Below, piece by piece: positions 60,372 through 64,000 of a DNA stretch of 64,000 nucleotides (its first letter is position 1; each line of letters begins with the position of its first letter). Under the pieces are notes generated by a model that was not told the origin of the DNA, searched no databases, and saw only the letters and a list, made by a program, of their open reading frames with translations. Source of the DNA: Phycisphaerales bacterium (GTDB lineage: Bacteria > Planctomycetota > Phycisphaerae > WQYP01); assembly GCA_027451365.1 (NCBI GenBank), contig DAIDJN010000026.1:64494-128493 (forward strand). Direction: 5' to 3'. A program made the position numbers and the translations under genes.

Positions 60372-61634
60372 ATGACACCCATTTACATTTTAGAAGACGG
60401 CCACATTGAAGAGCTATATCCGCTTACGTATGCGCGGCCGGCATTTCTGCTGCGATGTGGCGCTTCCACGCTGCTGGATCGAATTTGTCGGAATCTGCCC
60501 AGACCGCCTGAAGGTGTTCTGGTGCGTGACACGCTGGCCGCCAAAGTACGGCAGGAAATTCGCCTTCCGGTTAACCCCAAAATTGATTCCAGTCGCGGAG
60601 CTATTTTTATTAATGCCCGCTGGATTATGACCGACCCCCTGCCCGAAACACCGCCGGATGCGGCGGAACTGGCTCGCGGAGACTTTACCTGGGTACGGGT
60701 AAGCGGCGCGCGACTAGGAGAAATGGACCTTCGGCGTCTGGTGCGGTCCAAGGCAATTGATGAGATCATGCCTTCTTTGCGCTGCAGTCTGTCCAATGCC
60801 CTGGTGGTGCGACATCCGTGGGAACTGGTTCTTAACCAACGACGCTTGCTGATGGATGACTTTGCCCAGCGGGGCCGGGCACGGCTAAGCGAACCGATGA
60901 CCGGGTCGCACCTGTTGGCACCGGATAATATTTACATCGGGCCTGAAGTAAAGATTTACCCCGGCGTGGTGCTGGATGCAACCAATGGACCGATCATAAT
61001 TGAACGTGGTGCGGAAATTCGCCCCAACGCCGTTATTACCGGACCCGCTTGTGTGGGTGCCAGTTGCATTGTTCGAACGGGCGCGGACATCCGGGAGGAT
61101 ACCACCTTAGGCCCCAATTGCCGCGTGGGTGGAGAAGTTATTTCATCTATTTTTTTTGGAAATTCCAACAAACAACATGATGGCTTTGTGGGCCAAAGCG
61201 TAATCGGCGAATGGGTGAATCTGGGTGCCGGAACCATTACCAGCAATTTGAAGAACACCTATGGCAATGTGCGCATGCCGGTAAACGGAGTGGAACAGGA
61301 TACCGGCTTGCAGTTTCAGGGGTCCATTATTGGCGATCATGCCAAAATCGGCATCGGAACCTGCTTGACCACGGGAACGGTCATTGGCTTTTCCAGTCAT
61401 GTAATCGCTACCCGACCGCCAAAATTTGTTCCCAGCTTCGGCTGGGTTACGGACAAAGGGACAAGTCCGCTGGATTTTGACAAAGCCGTTAAAATCGCCA
61501 AAACCGCTATGCAACGCAGATCCGTCGAATGGACCGCCGCGGATGATGAAGTTTTCAATCGTATCCACAAGACGTGGCGACAGGTGGAGAAGGGCGCATT
61601 TTCTGAAGTCGGACTGGCCATCAAACAAGGCTGA
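60372..61634 (+). CDS. GlmU-related putative sugar nucleotidyltransferase / hexapeptide-repeat protein
   Basis: LYPLTYARP...LRCG, INAR, PWEL, LDATNGPI, GGEV, NKQHDGFVG, WVNLGAGT..SNLKNTYG, PKFVPSF. Confidence 0.85.
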   Translation: MTPIYILEDGHIEELYPLTYARPAFLLRCGASTLLDRICRNLPRPPEGVLVRDTLAAKVRQEIRLPVNPKIDSSRGAIFINARWIMTDPLPETPPDAAELARGDFTWVRVSGARLGEMDLRRLVRSKAIDEIMPSLRCSLSNALVVRHPWELVLNQRRLLMDDFAQRGRARLSEPMTGSHLLAPDNIYIGPEVKIYPGVVLDATNGPIIIERGAEIRPNAVITGPACVGASCIVRTGADIREDTTLGPNCRVGGEVISSIFFGNSNKQHDGFVGQSVIGEWVNLGAGTITSNLKNTYGNVRMPVNGVEQDTGLQFQGSIIGDHAKIGIGTCLTTGTVIGFSSHVIATRPPKFVPSFGWVTDKGTSPLDFDKAVKIAKTAMQRRSVEWTAADDEVFNRIHKTWRQVEKGAFSEVGLAIKQG

Positions 61635-61769
61635 CTCGCCTGCGCCGGAATACGTTGATAGACCGGCCCCCATACGCGAACCAAACCGTTCTGGCTTACC
61701 ACAGCTAAGGTCAAACGGGAAGTTCAGAATATGAGCTGCATGATATCCGCTGAAGTGATGCCAAACCGG

Positions 61770-61889
61770 TCAGATACCGTAATGCTTGGCGCTCCAACCT
61801 TTAATGCGACCGCGGCTGGGCTTGCGCCCATGATTGGCGGCCTTACCGTTCCAGCGAAGTTTATGATTCCGTTTTCTGCGTGCCATCAT
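61770..61889 (-). CDS. 39-aa basic protein, ribosomal protein bL37-like
   Basis: MMARRKRNHKLRWNGKAANHGRKPSRGRIKGWSAKHYGI with ANHG[RK]xP motif; AAAGGT SD; own promoter. Confidence 0.7.
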   Translation of the reverse strand: MMARRKRNHKLRWNGKAANHGRKPSRGRIKGWSAKHYGI

Positions 61890-61918
61890 GCACCTTTCTA
61901 AAAAGTCCAAGACTGCGG

Positions 61919-61965
61919 AGTTTAGCGGAAATCGGGGATTTTTGCAAAACAATCCCTTTTTTTTT
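61919..61965 (-). promoter_or_regulatory. Sigma70-type promoter of the bL37-like gene
   Basis: Minus strand: A9 tract, TTGCAA (61947-61942), 17-nt spacer, TAAACT (61924-61919), GC-rich discriminator CCGC. Confidence 0.65.
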
Positions 61966-62062
61966 GGCGGATTTCCGGATTTTCGGCTGACTTTTTAAGT
62001 GCAAGCTGATTGCAACCGGGAACCGGCAGGCAACGGCGGCATCATTCATTGCCGGGCAGACA

Positions 62063-63571
62063 CTATTTATTGGACGCGGCGGGCTGATTATCCTTTGCAA
62101 CTTTCGCCAGCGCTTGCCGCGCCTGTCTGCTTCCGGCGGCGGCGGCTTTGCGAATCAACTCCAATCCTTTGGCTTGATTCTGTGGCACCCCCTGTCCGTC
62201 ATAATATATAGCGCCAAGGGCATACATGGCCCGCGGGCTGCCGGCGGCCGCTGCCTTGCCAAACCAGAAAATAGCGCGGCGTTGATCCGGCTTGCCACCC
62301 ATTCCATTCAGATTAATGGCGGCCATATTCACCATGGCGTTCCGATTGCCGTCTTTAGCGGCTTCGCGAAACCAGTAACGCATTTTCTTGGGGTCTTGGG
62401 GCACACCGCGTCCATGCAGGTACAGGCCACCGATATTCAGCATCGCGGCGGAACTGCCCGCCGCCGCCGCCCGATGAAACCACGCAGCCGCGCGGCGATA
62501 ACTTCGTTGTACGCCCTGACCATACAGATACTGTCCGCCGATATTATTCATGGCACCGGCATCCCCGGCGTCGGCCGCCTTTTTGTACCACTGCATCGCC
62601 TTGTGATAATTCTGTTCAACGCCGGCGCCATGGAAATACAGATTGCCCATGCAGGCCATCGCTCGGGCCGAATGGACCGCGACACCTTTACGAAACCAAT
62701 GAATGGCCTTTTTGTAATCTCTTGAAACGCCCGTTCCAAGGGCATAGAAAGAACCGATTTTGACCATGGCGGCGGGCATTCCGGCAATCGCGGCTTTGCG
62801 GTACCACGCCAGCGCTTTGGCCATATCTTGCCGTTCACCGATCCCTTTTTGCCTGCACATGCCGAGTCCATACATGCCCAGCGGACTGCCGGCCACCATA
62901 GCCTTGCGGTACCATTGCACGGCGATAGCGCTATCTTTAATGCCACCCTGGCCTTTAAGAATTTCAGTCGCCAGCATGCACATGGCGGCGGCATCACCAC
63001 GGCGGGCTGATTTCGTGTACCACGCGCGAGCTTTTGTATAATCCTGCGGCAAGACGCGGCCCTGGGCATAAATCAATCCGATGCTGGCCATGGCTCGGGC
63101 ACTGCCCCCGGCGGCGGCCTGCCGAAACAGTCGCATGGCCTTTCGGTAATCCCTTTTTACACCGACGCCTTCATAGTACCGCAGCCCGAGCTTCCACCGC
63201 ATGATCGCCTGCGCAGAAGCCGGTGGCCGAGGCGTATCAACCCTGACAGATAAACCGCCGCCTGCGACCGGCCTAATTTGGGCAATCGCGTTACTGGCTG
63301 CGCCTATGCCGAAAGTTACGGCGATGATGCTGGTTAAAATCGAATTCCGGCGCGGCAGTTCACGTTTGAGCTGCGGAAATACGTGCGGCCATAGCTTTGT
63401 CGCACAACAATGCCGCCCGCGAAGGAAAAATCGAACGCCGCTTTTATAAAAAGTACTTGTGGGGAGTTTTTCCGCCACGGGTCGATTGCGCCAACAGGTC
63501 TCGGTCATTTGACATCTCCAGATTGCGCGGGAGTTAAAACCTTTTTTCCCTGTCCTATCATAGAGTCGCAA
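62063..63571 (-). CDS. Sel1-like repeat protein (10 repeats of about 36 aa); true start uncertain, likely downstream of 63571
   Basis: Repeats of A...LG..Y..G.GV.QD..KA..WY.KAA.AG; signal-like segment RRNSILTSIIAVTFGIGAASNAIAQ. Confidence 0.88.
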   Translation of the reverse strand: MRLYDRTGKKGFNSRAIWRCQMTETCWRNRPVAEKLPTSTFYKSGVRFFLRGRHCCATKLWPHVFPQLKRELPRRNSILTSIIAVTFGIGAASNAIAQIRPVAGGGLSVRVDTPRPPASAQAIMRWKLGLRYYEGVGVKRDYRKAMRLFRQAAAGGSARAMASIGLIYAQGRVLPQDYTKARAWYTKSARRGDAAAMCMLATEILKGQGGIKDSAIAVQWYRKAMVAGSPLGMYGLGMCRQKGIGERQDMAKALAWYRKAAIAGMPAAMVKIGSFYALGTGVSRDYKKAIHWFRKGVAVHSARAMACMGNLYFHGAGVEQNYHKAMQWYKKAADAGDAGAMNNIGGQYLYGQGVQRSYRRAAAWFHRAAAAGSSAAMLNIGGLYLHGRGVPQDPKKMRYWFREAAKDGNRNAMVNMAAINLNGMGGKPDQRRAIFWFGKAAAAGSPRAMYALGAIYYDGQGVPQNQAKGLELIRKAAAAGSRQARQALAKVAKDNQPAASNK

Positions 63572-63860
63572 GGCTGGAATATGAAATCGATCAACCTAAT
63601 GGCTCGCCAAGCGTAGCTTGATTCTTACTGGCTATTGCTTATCGGGCATGACTGGCGACTATATGCACGCGAGTTGACAGCCCGCAAACAGGGGCGTATT
63701 TTGCGGCATATCGGCGGGGAACTGGACGAAATCCACAGCGGGATTAAGGGGTAATGTCCGCATGCGATTCCTATCACAATCGCCGGCACTTTGACAGAAT
63801 GCGCATACGGCAGCCGCCCGAAATTGAAGTCAAGGAGTCTGATGATGCAAAAAAGTGTTG

Positions 63861-64000
63861 GGGTGCGTGACACATTATGCCGCAGGTCTAAGTTTCCGAT
63901 GGAGCAGGAAGTTATCCCAGCGGCCATCTTGGCTCAGCCGCAGCGCACGGAGAGCCAAAATGGCCTCACCACCGCCTCGGCTCCAGAACTGCTCGGTGCC
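63861..64000 (-). mobile_element. ISKra4-like transposase C-terminus and right end (continues beyond window)
   Basis: Manual translation 64000->63875: GTEQFWSRGGGEAILALRALRLSQDGRWDNFL...AA*; followed by GTCACGCACCC terminal sequence. Confidence 0.7.

Noticed and set aside
1..64000. CRISPR array, rRNA or intact tRNA
   Set aside because: No regularly spaced 25-45-nt repeats with unique spacers, no rRNA signatures and no complete cloverleaf seen by eye.

Overview
A 64-kb bacterial chromosomal segment. Gene content (four PEP-CTERM proteins, four H-X9-DG-type prepilin-like proteins, lysS-lolC/E-lolD, a bL37-like peptide) suggests a Planctomycetota, probably Phycisphaerae-like, organism; this is inference. 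Housekeeping genes include ubiE/menG (partial), acs, atpC, tatC, lolD, lolC/E, lysS, a PIN/TRAM gene, cyoE, msrA, dapB, murA, hom, apgM, carA, a GH63-like glucosidase, fumC and a GlmU-related gene. Accessory DNA includes a glycan/methyl-sugar cluster (28.5-34.3 kb), a SWIM-finger ATP-dependent ligase, several IS relics and a probable tRNA-His 3' remnant. The most striking structure is a tandemly duplicated cassette at about 35.3-43.8 kb: XylR-type regulator -> 21-bp-spaced TGTGGAAAA direct-repeat operator/promoter -> hairpin+SD -> PEP-CTERM protein -> prepilin-like H-X9-DG gene, ending in a convergent secreted GH-A hydrolase. In copy A the regulator and pilin have decayed, but the operator and PEP-CTERM gene are intact. 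The two PEP-CTERM genes share a 79/80-nt sorting-signal tract despite heavy synonymous divergence elsewhere. This looks like a candidate SusC/D-independent glycan sensing/capture locus. All calls come from reading motifs by eye; no database searches were run. No rRNA, intact tRNA or CRISPR array was seen.
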